From an uncultured Methanolobus sp. (GTDB taxonomy: Archaea; Halobacteriota; Methanosarcinia; Methanosarcinales; Methanosarcinaceae), in NCBI GenBank assembly GCA_963675495.1, contig OY776215.1, positions 2,144,001 to 2,208,000 on the forward strand: DNA of 64,000 nucleotides, written 5' to 3'. Below, in pieces: positions 29,545-39,298 of this stretch. The position numbers and the translations under genes are program-made. The notes under the pieces are model-generated. The model was not told the origin of the DNA and did no database searches. It saw nothing but the letters and a program-made list of their open reading frames with translations. Numbering within the stretch: the first letter of the stretch is position 1; each line of letters starts with the position of its first letter.

Positions 29545-30219
29545 CTATTTCGTTAAGTTGTTTTTTATTTTCGCAAGAACAAGGAGTGCATCTTCTCTTT
29601 TTACGTCACACTCATTCTCTGTGCAGAATTTGAGAAGTCTATTTGCTTTATCCTCGGGGACTAGCCCTTCCCTTGAAGCTTGCTTTGTAATCCCAAAGTA
29701 ACTTCTTTCCGTGTAATGCGTACGTTTGGCAAGTTCGGTTATGCGCCTGAATTCATCATTATCGATGAGACTGGACTTAAGAGCTGCCTTAAAAGTTTCC
29801 CGTATATTTACCATGGGGCTTGATACTGGTTCAAATGTATCTGGATTTGTAGCAACGGCTACTTCATCATCATCTTCAATGACTCCGTCCCTGTACCATT
29901 CATATATCCGTCCCACACCGGTCATTCCATGTACGTCGAGTTCAGAAGCCCGAAGGGCTCCCATACTGCATCCACCAATGACTTCCATTCCTTCTTTTAT
30001 CGCCCTGATTATTTCCTTGTGGGCCACAGCCGCTCTGCTAAAAAAAATGCCATCGATGATGCCAATTACAGTGTACCCCTGCTCCATGGCCTTCTCAATG
30101 TCGCCTCTGGATATGGGTGGCCAGTATGTTGCATCGAGGACTTCTGCAGCATCTTCGTGGCTTATGCTTGTACCTGCAAACACCAGGATCTTGGGATGAA
30201 TTCTCGTATTTTGATTCAT
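29545..30219 (-). CDS. tfuA: TfuA-related McrA glycine thioamidation protein
   Basis: PPISRGD, IIDGIF, HKEI, GGCSMGALRASEL, DDDEVA, KREDA; ATGA overlap with the ycaO stop. Confidence 0.92.
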   Translation of the reverse strand: MNQNTRIHPKILVFAGTSISHEDAAEVLDATYWPPISRGDIEKAMEQGYTVIGIIDGIFFSRAAVAHKEIIRAIKEGMEVIGGCSMGALRASELDVHGMTGVGRIYEWYRDGVIEDDDEVAVATNPDTFEPVSSPMVNIRETFKAALKSSLIDNDEFRRITELAKRTHYTERSYFGITKQASREGLVPEDKANRLLKFCTENECDVKREDALLVLAKIKNNLTK

Positions 30220-31493
30220 TTTCGGCGTCCGGTTCTCCAAGGCCTGTCCTCTGGTGCCAGTTTCTTCTTTTTCCCTGACTTTGCCCTCATTCCCACGCGC
30301 TCTCTGTCGAGTGTGTACATCTCAAAGGAGGGGATAATCACTCTAACAACCGGAACAGGTATGCTTTCTCTTGACATGTCCACAACTATAGCACAGTTTG
30401 CAATTTCCTTCAATTGTTCCAGTACGACATCAATACTTTCGGCAGGTGTGTTTCTTGACAGGTCTTTGAGATCATGCATGGATGTTTGTTCCTCGTCCGC
30501 ATACCAGTATTTGTTCATGCGTTTTATTCTGTCATATCCAATTTCCCTGACAAACTTCTCTCGCTCGGTGTCCTCTCTGGCACCGTGTATTTGCACAACT
30601 CTTGACTGGGCGGCTTCCGTCAATGCCCTTCTTACTGCAATTTCCGGATTAAGGTGTGCTCCTGCACCCATCACAAGAAGTGCTGCATCTTTGAGCTTAA
30701 TGTCATCGGTAACAGCGACCACAGTTGTTATTTTGGTATCATGGGGTAATGCCCATAATTTGACAGCAACTTCATTGTCGGTGAACTTACGTAGGATCTC
30801 GTAGTTTTCACCATCATTTTCTGTAAGTATTATCTCTTTTCCGGGATTGCGATTGAACTCTGCTATGCTAAGGGCATCCCTTTCGATGACTTCCAGCAGT
30901 CCATGAAATATTGCTTCCTCTATGGTATTTCCTGCGGCAAGTCCGTTAGTGTTGCTTCGGAATAACTTTGATGTTCTGCCTGGGGCATCATACGGGTGGT
31001 ATACTGCATTGGCAGGGACAAAGATCTCCTCGTTTTTAAAGAGGTCCCAGCCGCTTATCCATTCTACAAATGCCTGTGGGCTGTAATCCTCGGCTATAAG
31101 GAGGAGTGTTGGATCGATAGTTCGGTGGTTTTGTCCCATGGATACAAAGTTATCTATAATGTGCTGGGCTTTGATGTCTTCTTCCACATCATTATTTAGT
31201 CCATTCCTTTCTGCCAGACACCGTTCAAAACTCTCCATAATTGCGGATATTCTTGCCTGATTCTCGGTGTTGCCTTTTCCTGAATAGACTGATATGGCTC
31301 CTTCTGCAGCGCTAGGTCGGATAGTTGAAATGACGGGAATACCGACCCTGTCAAGGTCAGTGATGCTGGCAACCCTTGTAACTCCTATCTGTTTGGAATT
31401 ATCGTTTACTTTTTCAAGGGTATTTTTTTCATCAAAGACTCGCTGAGTTCCTTCGATATATGTAAGTGTTCTGTCGATGTTTAGCTCTGGCAT
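30216..31493 (-). CDS. ycaO: YcaO McrA glycine thioamidation protein (methanogenesis marker 1)
   Basis: GVTRVASITDLDRVGIPV, SGKG, MESFER, SNTNGLAAGN, EVIERDA, TEAAQSR..IHGARED. Confidence 0.93.
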   Translation of the reverse strand: MPELNIDRTLTYIEGTQRVFDEKNTLEKVNDNSKQIGVTRVASITDLDRVGIPVISTIRPSAAEGAISVYSGKGNTENQARISAIMESFERCLAERNGLNNDVEEDIKAQHIIDNFVSMGQNHRTIDPTLLLIAEDYSPQAFVEWISGWDLFKNEEIFVPANAVYHPYDAPGRTSKLFRSNTNGLAAGNTIEEAIFHGLLEVIERDALSIAEFNRNPGKEIILTENDGENYEILRKFTDNEVAVKLWALPHDTKITTVVAVTDDIKLKDAALLVMGAGAHLNPEIAVRRALTEAAQSRVVQIHGAREDTEREKFVREIGYDRIKRMNKYWYADEEQTSMHDLKDLSRNTPAESIDVVLEQLKEIANCAIVVDMSRESIPVPVVRVIIPSFEMYTLDRERVGMRAKSGKKKKLAPEDRPWRTGRRK

Positions 31494-31598
31494 GGTTAGC
31501 GAAAGTCTCCTGCATATATTATATTTCTTACGACAAAGGCTCTCTGTGCTTAAGTAAATGTTATATAGTGCGGCGCAAGTGTGTAAAAGGGGTTTTAT

Positions 31599-32156
31599 AT
31601 GAAAGTTAAATCATTAATGATTTTGATTGTGATTTGTATCGTTGGGATCTCTGGTTGTACTGATTCAAGCACTGGGGATGATATGATGCCATCGGATGTT
31701 GAAGAAGACAGTATGTCTGAAGAAACAGTAACCGATGAAGCGGATATGCAGGAATCTAGTCCTGATGCTTCATCTCTTTTCTCTGCTTTTACGGAGAATG
31801 GTGCTTACAAGGAATGGTCTATATGGCCCGGTAAGGAAGCAATGATGGATGGGACTGGAGTTCATGGTGATTACGTTTCTATATATGTGTCCGACAATGC
31901 TCTGTCTTCCGCAGAAACAGGTGGGGCAACAATGCCATATGAGGCAATGGTCGTGAAAGAAGGTTTTAATTCCGATGAAGAGCTAACGGGGCTTTATCTT
32001 ATGTATAAGGCAGAAGGATTTGATCCCGACAACAATGATTGGTTCTGGGCAGCCTATTCTCCAGAGGGTGATGTTAAAGCAGAAGGTAAGGTAGGCGGTT
32101 GTATCAGTTGCCATGAAGGAAAGGAAGATGTTGACTATATCTTTATGAATACCTGA
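31599..32156 (+). CDS. Cytochrome P460-family lipoprotein (single c-type heme)
   Basis: Lipobox ISGC, acidic linker, MPYEAMVVKE, LMYK..GFDP.NNDWFW, C-terminal CISCH. Confidence 0.78.
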   Translation: MKVKSLMILIVICIVGISGCTDSSTGDDMMPSDVEEDSMSEETVTDEADMQESSPDASSLFSAFTENGAYKEWSIWPGKEAMMDGTGVHGDYVSIYVSDNALSSAETGGATMPYEAMVVKEGFNSDEELTGLYLMYKAEGFDPDNNDWFWAAYSPEGDVKAEGKVGGCISCHEGKEDVDYIFMNT

Positions 32157-32317
32157 ATTTTCTTTTCTTTTTTTTTACAAAAAGATACTTTTTTATACTA
32201 TGGTATACTACATATCTGTTTAGCTTGGACAAAGCAATAAATATTGTTAGAATGTATATAAAAATACAACAATTTGCCAGGCAAATAAATTATTAGTGAG
32301 AGACAGGAGGCAAAAAT

Positions 32318-32461
32318 ATGAGAGACCTAACTAGAAAAAGAAATGTAGTCGATATCTTCAAAAGCTGCCACACGGTAGTTGGTGGAGTGTCAACAGATAA
32401 ACTCGACGCCGAGGAACTGGAGCTTTATCGCTTCATGGTAGGCGGAGTGCAGGCAAAATAG
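32318..32461 (+). CDS. Unannotated 47-aa small protein MRDLTRKRNVVDIFKSCHTVVGGVSTDKLDAEELELYRFMVGGVQAK
   Basis: AGGAGG RBS 7 nt before the ATG, TATA-like TATATAAAAA ~55-65 nt upstream, hairpin across the TAG stop. Confidence 0.65.
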   Translation: MRDLTRKRNVVDIFKSCHTVVGGVSTDKLDAEELELYRFMVGGVQAK

Positions 32462-32502
32462 CCTGCAAAACCTATTTTTATATTCTTTGCATATTGGTTC
32501 CT

Positions 32503-33681
32503 ATGTATGATGTTCTTACCATCAGGGAAGACTTTCCCGTATTAAATGATGTTATATATCTGGACAATGCTGCTACAACGCAGACGCCTGTCCAGGCAGT
32601 ATCATCAATGTTGGATTATTTTTACAAGTATGCAGCAAATCATGGACGTGGAGCTCACCGGCTTGCCAGGGAAACCACAAACCATTATGAAGATTCACGG
32701 GAAATAGTAGCATCGTTTTTTAACATGGATGTTGAGGGTACTATTTTTACAAAGAACGCAACTGAAAGCATCAATATAGTTTCCAGAGGTTTTCCATGGA
32801 AAAAAGGTGATCATATTATAGTCACACTTGTTGAGCATCATTCCAATTTGCTTCCATGGATGCGTTTAAAAGAATCGGGTGTTGAACTCTCTGTTGTCAA
32901 ACCCGATATTCATGGGGTTATCGACCCTGCAGATATCAGGTCTGCTATCAATGACAGGACTCGACTTATAGCAGTGAACCACGTTTCCAATGTGTTCGGT
33001 TCAATACAGGATATAGAAAAGATAATTAACATAGCAAGGCAGAATAGTGTGAAGGTACTGGTGGATGGCTCCCAGTCTGCCGGAAACATGCCAATGGACA
33101 TTAAGTCTCTTGACCCGGATTTCTTTGTATGCCCCGGGCATAAGGGTTTACTTGGACCTCAAGGGACTGGGATATTGTATGTAAAGGAACCGAATACTAT
33201 CGAACCTTTGTACCTTGGTGGTGGGATGGTGAGTTCCGTAACTCCTGATAGTTTTAAAATGGAGCCAAGCCCTGCAAAGTTTGAAGCCGGAACGCCTAAT
33301 ATTCCTGGTGTGATAGGTCTTGGAAGAGCTGTTGAATATGTGGATAACATTGGCGTTGACTTAATTGAAAAACATGAGTTTTCTCTTGCAAGGGAAACTG
33401 CTTTGCGCCTTGGTGAAATAGATGGCGTTGAAGTCTATGGACCAAATGAGAGGGCTGGGGTGGTATCTTTCAATGTAGTTGGTATGAATGCTCATGATGT
33501 GGCTATGATACTTGACCAGACGCACAGTATCTGTGTGAGGAGTGGTTATCATTGTGCAATGCCTGGCATAGATCATCTGGGAGTCAATGGCACAGTGAGG
33601 GCGTCGTTTGCCCTTTATAATACTGAGGATGAAATTGAAACACTGGTTAAAACAGTTTCAGATGTTACTTCGCTTGTTTAA
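32503..33681 (+). CDS. sufS: Cysteine desulfurase (SufS/class V PLP)
   Basis: IYLDNAATTQ, EHHSN, DGSQS, GHKGLLGPQGTG, FEAGTPN, VRSGYHCA catalytic Cys. Confidence 0.9.
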   Translation: MYDVLTIREDFPVLNDVIYLDNAATTQTPVQAVSSMLDYFYKYAANHGRGAHRLARETTNHYEDSREIVASFFNMDVEGTIFTKNATESINIVSRGFPWKKGDHIIVTLVEHHSNLLPWMRLKESGVELSVVKPDIHGVIDPADIRSAINDRTRLIAVNHVSNVFGSIQDIEKIINIARQNSVKVLVDGSQSAGNMPMDIKSLDPDFFVCPGHKGLLGPQGTGILYVKEPNTIEPLYLGGGMVSSVTPDSFKMEPSPAKFEAGTPNIPGVIGLGRAVEYVDNIGVDLIEKHEFSLARETALRLGEIDGVEVYGPNERAGVVSFNVVGMNAHDVAMILDQTHSICVRSGYHCAMPGIDHLGVNGTVRASFALYNTEDEIETLVKTVSDVTSLV

Positions 33682-33854
33682 CTGGTTTATTGTAAACAAT
33701 TTTTACATTCAGGGATAAAAGCAAAAGGTTATTATGCGCAGATAATTATATTAGTCTTGCAAACTGAATGCTTTCAGCGAATATCAAATGTCAATCATCG
33801 GTCATCAGTAATATTAGCTAATTATAATTAAGTATCAGCAAAAGGGGAATTAAA

Positions 33855-34967
33855 GTGAGCAAAGACATGCTTCTGTGGGATGAGACTCTTTTTAACAATG
33901 GAGAGATACTTGAATTTGATTACCTCCCTGATTATTTTGCACACAGGGATTCCCAAATGCAGGCCTTGCGTTTCAGTTTGAAACCTGCCCTAAGGGGTAT
34001 GCGGCCGGTTAATTGTCTTGTGAAAGGTCCGCCAGGGACAGGGAAGACAACTGCTGTTATGAAAGTCTTCAATGAGATGAAAGAATACACAGATAATGTG
34101 GTCTTTGTGAAGGTCAACTGTCAGATGGAGTCCACAAGGTTTGCTGTTGTTTCAAGAATATATGAGCAACTTGTTCATATCACTCCACCTTCGTCCGGTG
34201 TATCATTCAGGAGACTTTTTGAAAAGATAATTAAGTATCTTTTGGATGCTAACAAAACTCTGGTGGTAGCCCTTGACGACATCAATTATCTTTTCCCCGA
34301 GGGACATGCGGATGAAGTTATGTATTCCTTGCTGCGGGCTCATGAACAATATCCTGGGGCCCGTATTTCTGTAATAGCTATTATCAGCGATGTGGGGATT
34401 CCTTACAGTTTCGACCCGAGGGTAGGTTCTGTATTCTTACCCGAAGAGGTAGCCTTTCCACGGTATGAGATAGCTGAGATCGCAGATATCATTGCCAGCC
34501 GTGTGAAACATGCTTTTTATCAGGATGTAGTGTCAGATGAAGCATTGGACCGTGTTGTCACTTATGTGGACATGACAGGTGACCTCAGGATAGGTATTGA
34601 TCTTCTGAAACGTTCTGGTCTTAATGCAGAACGCAGGGCTAGCAAGACAGTTGATGCTGAAGATGTTGAGAAAGCTTATGAGGCTTCCAGGCTTTTGCAT
34701 CTATGTCGCAATATTAAGTCCCTTTCAAACAATGAAAAAACATTGCTCGGGCTTATTGCAAAGGATAGTAGTGTTCAGACCGGCGAGCTCTATAAATCAT
34801 TCCATGAAATAACCGGGCTTGGATACACCCGTTTTTATGAAATCATTGAAAAAATGAATGCTTCCAGGCTTATTGATGCAGATTTTTCCGGCAAGGGTAT
34901 GCGTGGAAGAACACGGTATGTCGCACCTGCTTATAATTCAAAGGACATACTCAAATGCCTTGAGTAG
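33855..34967 (+). CDS. cdc6: ORC1/Cdc6-type replication initiation protein
   Basis: DYLPDYFAHRD, GPPGTGKT, ALDDIN, GDLR.GIDLL, GMRGRTR. Confidence 0.92.
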   Translation: MSKDMLLWDETLFNNGEILEFDYLPDYFAHRDSQMQALRFSLKPALRGMRPVNCLVKGPPGTGKTTAVMKVFNEMKEYTDNVVFVKVNCQMESTRFAVVSRIYEQLVHITPPSSGVSFRRLFEKIIKYLLDANKTLVVALDDINYLFPEGHADEVMYSLLRAHEQYPGARISVIAIISDVGIPYSFDPRVGSVFLPEEVAFPRYEIAEIADIIASRVKHAFYQDVVSDEALDRVVTYVDMTGDLRIGIDLLKRSGLNAERRASKTVDAEDVEKAYEASRLLHLCRNIKSLSNNEKTLLGLIAKDSSVQTGELYKSFHEITGLGYTRFYEIIEKMNASRLIDADFSGKGMRGRTRYVAPAYNSKDILKCLE

Positions 34968-35164
34968 TAGCTCGTTGGGATTTTATTTTTAAGACATTCT
35001 GAGTTCGAGTTTATGCTTTATTTTTTCCAGCTTGGCAGCAATGGATCAAAGCAGGCTAATGGCTATGGCCATTCAAACCATAATGGTGCAAAATAATCAC
35101 TTAAAGTCAATATAATTAAAAAACAGCAACATTTCTAATTAATTATAATCAAAAAAAGGATTTT

Positions 35165-35186
35165 TGCGCAGAAACAAATCTGCGCA
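35165..35186 (-). terminator. Hairpin after the thermosome gene
   Basis: TGCGCAGA-aacaaa-TCTGCGCA inverted repeat ~30 nt past the stop. Confidence 0.55.
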
Positions 35187-35217
35187 GGTGTTTATATTTT
35201 TGTTATTTTTCAGATAT

Positions 35218-36861
35218 TTACATATCCATGCCTGGCATTCCTGGTGGCATACCTGGAACCATGTCTGCTGCAGAAGGACCTGGTCCTCCCTGTCTGGATG
35301 CGATGATATCATCGATCCTGAGGATCATGACTGCAGATTCAGCAGCTGCGTTGATTGCCTGGGTCTTTACTCTGAGTGGCTCAACTACGCCTGCTTCCCA
35401 CATGTCAATTACTTCTCCTGTGTAGACATTCAGTCCTGCTGTCTTTACACCCTTCTCGTGGTGTGCACGCAGTTCCATAAGCATGTCTATTGGGTCGAGA
35501 CCTGCGTTCTCTGCAAGTGTTCTTGGTACTATTTCAAGAGCCTCTGCGAATGCTTTGACTGCAAGCTGTTCCCTGCCGCTGAGGGTTGCTGCGTATTCCT
35601 GGAGTCTAAGTGCAACTTCAACTTCAGGTGATCCGCCACCAGCTACAAGTTTCTCGTCCTCGATAGCTACGCCGACTACTCTGAGTGAGTCATTAAGTGC
35701 TCTCTCGATGTTGTCAATGACGTGCTCTGTGCTGCCACGGAGGAGGATTGAAACTGCCTTTGGATTAACGCATCCCGTTACGAAGGTCATTGGGTCGCCA
35801 CCTATCTTCTTCTCTTCTACAAGGTCTGCCTTACCCATGTCAGCTTCTGTGATCTCGTCAACATTTGTGATGAGCTTTGCACCGGTTGCTCTTGCAAGCT
35901 TCTGCATGTCGCTCTTCTTGACTCTTCTGATAGCAAACACGCCTGCTTTTGCAAGGTAGTGCTGTGCCATGTCATCGATTCCCTTCTGGCAGAATACGAC
36001 GTTTGCACCACTGTTGACTACTTTGTCAACGAGGTCCTTGATCATTTTTTCTTCCTGGTCAAGGAATGACTGGAGCTGCTCAGGTGAGGTAATTGATATT
36101 TCAGCATCGACTTCTGTGTCTTTGAGTTCGATAGCTGTGTTGATGAGTGCGATCTTTGCGTTCTCTACCTTCTTTGGCATGTTGGTGTGGACACGTTCTT
36201 TGTCGATGATCATACCTTCAATAAGCTCGGATTCTTCTATACGTGCTCCGACCTTCTTCTCGACCTTGATGTTCTCCATGTCAACTTTGTTATCTTCATC
36301 AACAATGCTTGTGATAGCAGCGACTGAGATATTTGCGAGAACTTCCTTTGTTGCTTCTGCGCCTTTTCCGGTCATTGCTGTTCCGGAAATGTTAATCAGT
36401 ACATCCTTGTTATCTCTGGTTACTGTCTTTGCGAGTTCCTTAATAATTTCTCCAGCCTTCACTGATGCCATTCTGTATCCGGATGCAATGATTGTTGGGT
36501 GTACGTCCTGGTCAATGAGCTCTTCTGCTTTCTTGAGGAGTTCTCCGGCAATTACAGCAGCTGTGGTTGTTCCGTCACCGACTTCATCGTCCTGGGTCTT
36601 GGATACTTCCACGATCATCTTTGCTGCAGGGTGCTCGATGTCCATCTCTTTAAGAATGGTCGCACCATCGTTTGTGATGACCACATCTCCAAGGCTGTCT
36701 ACAAGCATCTTGTCCATTCCTTTTGGTCCAAGTGTTGTTCTTACAGCTTCAGCGACTGCTTTTGCAGCCATGATGTTGTTGCTCTGTGCTTCTTTGCCTC
36801 TAGTTCTCTGGCTTCCTTCTCTTAATATGAAAATTGGCTGTCCTGCCATCTGTCCTGCCAT
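35218..36861 (-). CDS. ths: Thermosome subunit (group II chaperonin)
   Basis: [28 protein letters not shown]-rich tail; RBS GGAGG. Confidence 0.97.
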   Translation of the reverse strand: MAGQMAGQPIFILREGSQRTRGKEAQSNNIMAAKAVAEAVRTTLGPKGMDKMLVDSLGDVVITNDGATILKEMDIEHPAAKMIVEVSKTQDDEVGDGTTTAAVIAGELLKKAEELIDQDVHPTIIASGYRMASVKAGEIIKELAKTVTRDNKDVLINISGTAMTGKGAEATKEVLANISVAAITSIVDEDNKVDMENIKVEKKVGARIEESELIEGMIIDKERVHTNMPKKVENAKIALINTAIELKDTEVDAEISITSPEQLQSFLDQEEKMIKDLVDKVVNSGANVVFCQKGIDDMAQHYLAKAGVFAIRRVKKSDMQKLARATGAKLITNVDEITEADMGKADLVEEKKIGGDPMTFVTGCVNPKAVSILLRGSTEHVIDNIERALNDSLRVVGVAIEDEKLVAGGGSPEVEVALRLQEYAATLSGREQLAVKAFAEALEIVPRTLAENAGLDPIDMLMELRAHHEKGVKTAGLNVYTGEVIDMWEAGVVEPLRVKTQAINAAAESAVMILRIDDIIASRQGGPGPSAADMVPGMPPGMPGMDM

Positions 36862-37031
36862 GTTATTTATCCTCCTATTATATGTAAAATTGGAATAACA
36901 TTTACTTTTAGGTCGTTTTTTAATGTTTGTGGTTCTATATAAGCGTATCGGGCACGTTGCTTTTCACACGAATATAGAATAGACTAAAAAACAAATATGC
37001 TAAGAGAATATATAACAAAAAAGAATTAGGA

Positions 37032-37053
37032 TAAAGTGAGTATACTCACTTTA
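37032..37053. terminator. 22-bp perfect palindrome spanning the DUF5350 stop codon
   Basis: TAAAGTGAGTATACTCACTTTA is its own reverse complement. Confidence 0.6.
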
Positions 37054-37219
37054 CGAGTGCTTTTGGAGATCTGCGAAGGAATCTTCTTTTTGCACCTGAT
37101 GAACTGTATCTCTGTGCTGGTCCCGGATGTGCTTTTCCTGCCTTCGATTTCTGGACCTTGATTGCTCTGCCGTTACGTCCTTTTACTCTTACCCATTCAA
37201 TGCTGCCTGTCTTACCCAT
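37046..37219 (-). CDS. DUF5350-family small basic protein (57 aa, below the ORF-track cutoff)
   Basis: [57 protein letters not shown]; RBS GAGGA; matches a recalled Methanosarcinales family. Confidence 0.8.
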   Translation of the reverse strand: MGKTGSIEWVRVKGRNGRAIKVQKSKAGKAHPGPAQRYSSSGAKRRFLRRSPKALVK

Positions 37220-37397
37220 GATAAATCCTCTTGATAATATTAATTGTAAATTTTAAGTTATTTTAAGTTTAACCTAGATATATAATTCTAGTCGTGAGTT
37301 TACTTCTAGACGTAATGCTCATTATTAAAGCTTGCGGGAATATCTGACCAAAATTGCTTTTAGAAAGCAGGGATTATGGCAGTCATTATAATAGGAG

Positions 37398-38102
37398 TTG
37401 ATCAAGGTTACTTCACCAATTGAGAAACAGCTTAAAGCAGTGGATGATGAGCTTAAAGGTGTAAAGAATTATCCAATGGACAAATTGATATCCATAATAC
37501 AGGAAGTTGGCTTTGAATGTGACTTTTGTGCACGCTGCTGCACCCGGGAATTCAATGATCATGTTTTTCTTCTTAACGATGATGCCACCAGGATAAAGGC
37601 CATATCTCCAGATTCTCTGGAACCTGCTCCATATTATGAACTATGCGACCAGCATGGACGGTTCTATGTTTCCGGTTATGCACTTAAAATAAAAGAAGAT
37701 GGTTCATGTATCTTTCTTAATGAGAAAAGATGCTCTATTTATGAACAACGGCCTTCGATATGCAGTCTTTTTCCTTACATGCTGCACCGTGAGCCAGATG
37801 AGGATGGTAATATCGATTGGAGGCAGATAGGTGGCATAGGCCAGCATGGTTGTTATCATACGGAAATCAGTGATGCTGAGTCTAAAGAGATAGCTCTTCA
37901 AATTAAGTCCTATGAAACAACATTTCTTGAGCAGGTAATAGAATTCTTCAAAACAGCAGAAGAATATTTCAAAAAAAATAGTCTCAAACATGTGCAGAGT
38001 GTGTATGACAGAGGAATGAGAAAGTTCAACAAAGGTGAGGAAATTACAGTATTTGTCCTGTTCAATGGTGACTTTATAGAACACAAGGTCAAAAAACAAT
38101 GA
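37398..38102 (+). CDS. YkgJ/UPF0153 cysteine-cluster (CxxCxxCC) protein
   Basis: FECDFCARCC, GSCIFL...CSIYEQRPSICSLFPY. Confidence 0.85.
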   Translation: MIKVTSPIEKQLKAVDDELKGVKNYPMDKLISIIQEVGFECDFCARCCTREFNDHVFLLNDDATRIKAISPDSLEPAPYYELCDQHGRFYVSGYALKIKEDGSCIFLNEKRCSIYEQRPSICSLFPYMLHREPDEDGNIDWRQIGGIGQHGCYHTEISDAESKEIALQIKSYETTFLEQVIEFFKTAEEYFKKNSLKHVQSVYDRGMRKFNKGEEITVFVLFNGDFIEHKVKKQ

Positions 38103-38137
38103 CTCTTTTAAGCTGAAAAATTGCTGCATCCGGTACA

Positions 38138-39295
38138 ATGAAAGGAAACCTGAATCTCCCACTGATCTGTCTTGTTGCTTTCTTTTCAATGTCAGCAGGA
38201 GCTTTGCTTGGTCCTGTTCTTCCATTCATGGTTGAGCCATTGAACACTTCCCGCGAAGCTGTGGGACTGGTTCTTGGAATGTACACTTTTTCTACTGCAC
38301 TCTCTATGATATTTGTTAGTTTCATAACAGACCGCGTGGGACGTAAAAAAATACTGGTTCCATGTCTTCTCATTAATGGAATTGCTGGCTTGGCCTGTTA
38401 TTTTTCCACTGATATGGCTACACTGCTGGCTTTGAGGTTTGTCCAGGGCATAGGTATCGCAGGAATGCTCCCCATAGTCATGACCATGATAGGGGAATTG
38501 TACACGGGTCTTGACAGGGTCAATGCCATGGGTAAAATGAGCATGACAACTGGCATCGGGGCAGTTTCTGCACCTCTTATAGGTGGTATACTTGCTTCAT
38601 ACGGATGGAATGTTCCGTTCCTCTTCTATGGACTTTCGATACCTCTTGCAATCATTGTAGTATTTGCCCTTCCTGAAACAAACCCGCATGAGAACCGAAA
38701 ACATAACCGGGAATCGATAATAAAAACTCTCGCTGAATTCAGGATTCTTTACACTATTATACTGAGTTTCTCTATATTCTTCCTGCTCTACACAATGGTC
38801 ATATACGTTCCCTTTATCCTCAAGGACAACTTTGGTTTTAATGTAAAAGAAGCAGGACTTGCACTTGGCATTCAGGGAATAGCAATGGCATTGATATCGT
38901 CCCGTGCCAGAGCATTTTCAGCAAGATATGGTAAACAAAGGCTGTTAATAGCAGGATTTATCATAACAGGTATAGCCTTGGGAGGCTTCATATTTGCAGC
39001 ATCCCTTCCTCTGGTTCTTGTCTTGATATTTATCTTCGGGGTCGGGTTTGGTATGGTGCAGCCTCAATTGAACACCCTCGCAACTCAGGTAGCTCCACCT
39101 GGAATGATGGGGGGCATAGTATCAGTGTTCAACATCATGAAATACGCAGGGCAAACCGCAGCTCCACTTGTACTTGCAGTTGTGCTGTTCAATAGTGATC
39201 TGCAGGTAGTCTTTGCCACATCATGTACTTTCGCATTTTTGATCGCATTTTCAACGTATTTCTTTAAGGATATTTATGAGCGTCTAGATGGGTGA
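38138..39295 (+). CDS. MFS transporter
   Basis: About 12 TM segments, DRVGRK motif A, RFVQGIG. Confidence 0.9.
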   Translation: MKGNLNLPLICLVAFFSMSAGALLGPVLPFMVEPLNTSREAVGLVLGMYTFSTALSMIFVSFITDRVGRKKILVPCLLINGIAGLACYFSTDMATLLALRFVQGIGIAGMLPIVMTMIGELYTGLDRVNAMGKMSMTTGIGAVSAPLIGGILASYGWNVPFLFYGLSIPLAIIVVFALPETNPHENRKHNRESIIKTLAEFRILYTIILSFSIFFLLYTMVIYVPFILKDNFGFNVKEAGLALGIQGIAMALISSRARAFSARYGKQRLLIAGFIITGIALGGFIFAASLPLVLVLIFIFGVGFGMVQPQLNTLATQVAPPGMMGGIVSVFNIMKYAGQTAAPLVLAVVLFNSDLQVVFATSCTFAFLIAFSTYFFKDIYERLDG

Positions 39296-39298
39296 GAT

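Noticed and set aside
29929-30804. 291-aa plus-strand ORF
   Set aside because: Antisense shadow of ycaO/tfuA with no motifs.
32459-32550. Pyrrolysine readthrough fusing the 47-aa sORF to the desulfurase
   Set aside because: The two frames differ; readthrough would only add a short out-of-frame tail. No convincing in-frame TAG-split gene was noticed elsewhere in the window.
33682-35217. Replication origin next to cdc6
   Set aside because: No repeated ORB-like (GTTCCAGTGGAAAC-type) elements were recognised by eye in either flank. A degenerate origin cannot be excluded without a motif scan.
35164-36898. Several long plus-strand ORFs (up to 309 aa)
   Set aside because: Antisense shadows of the codon-biased thermosome gene; Ser/Thr-rich with no motifs.
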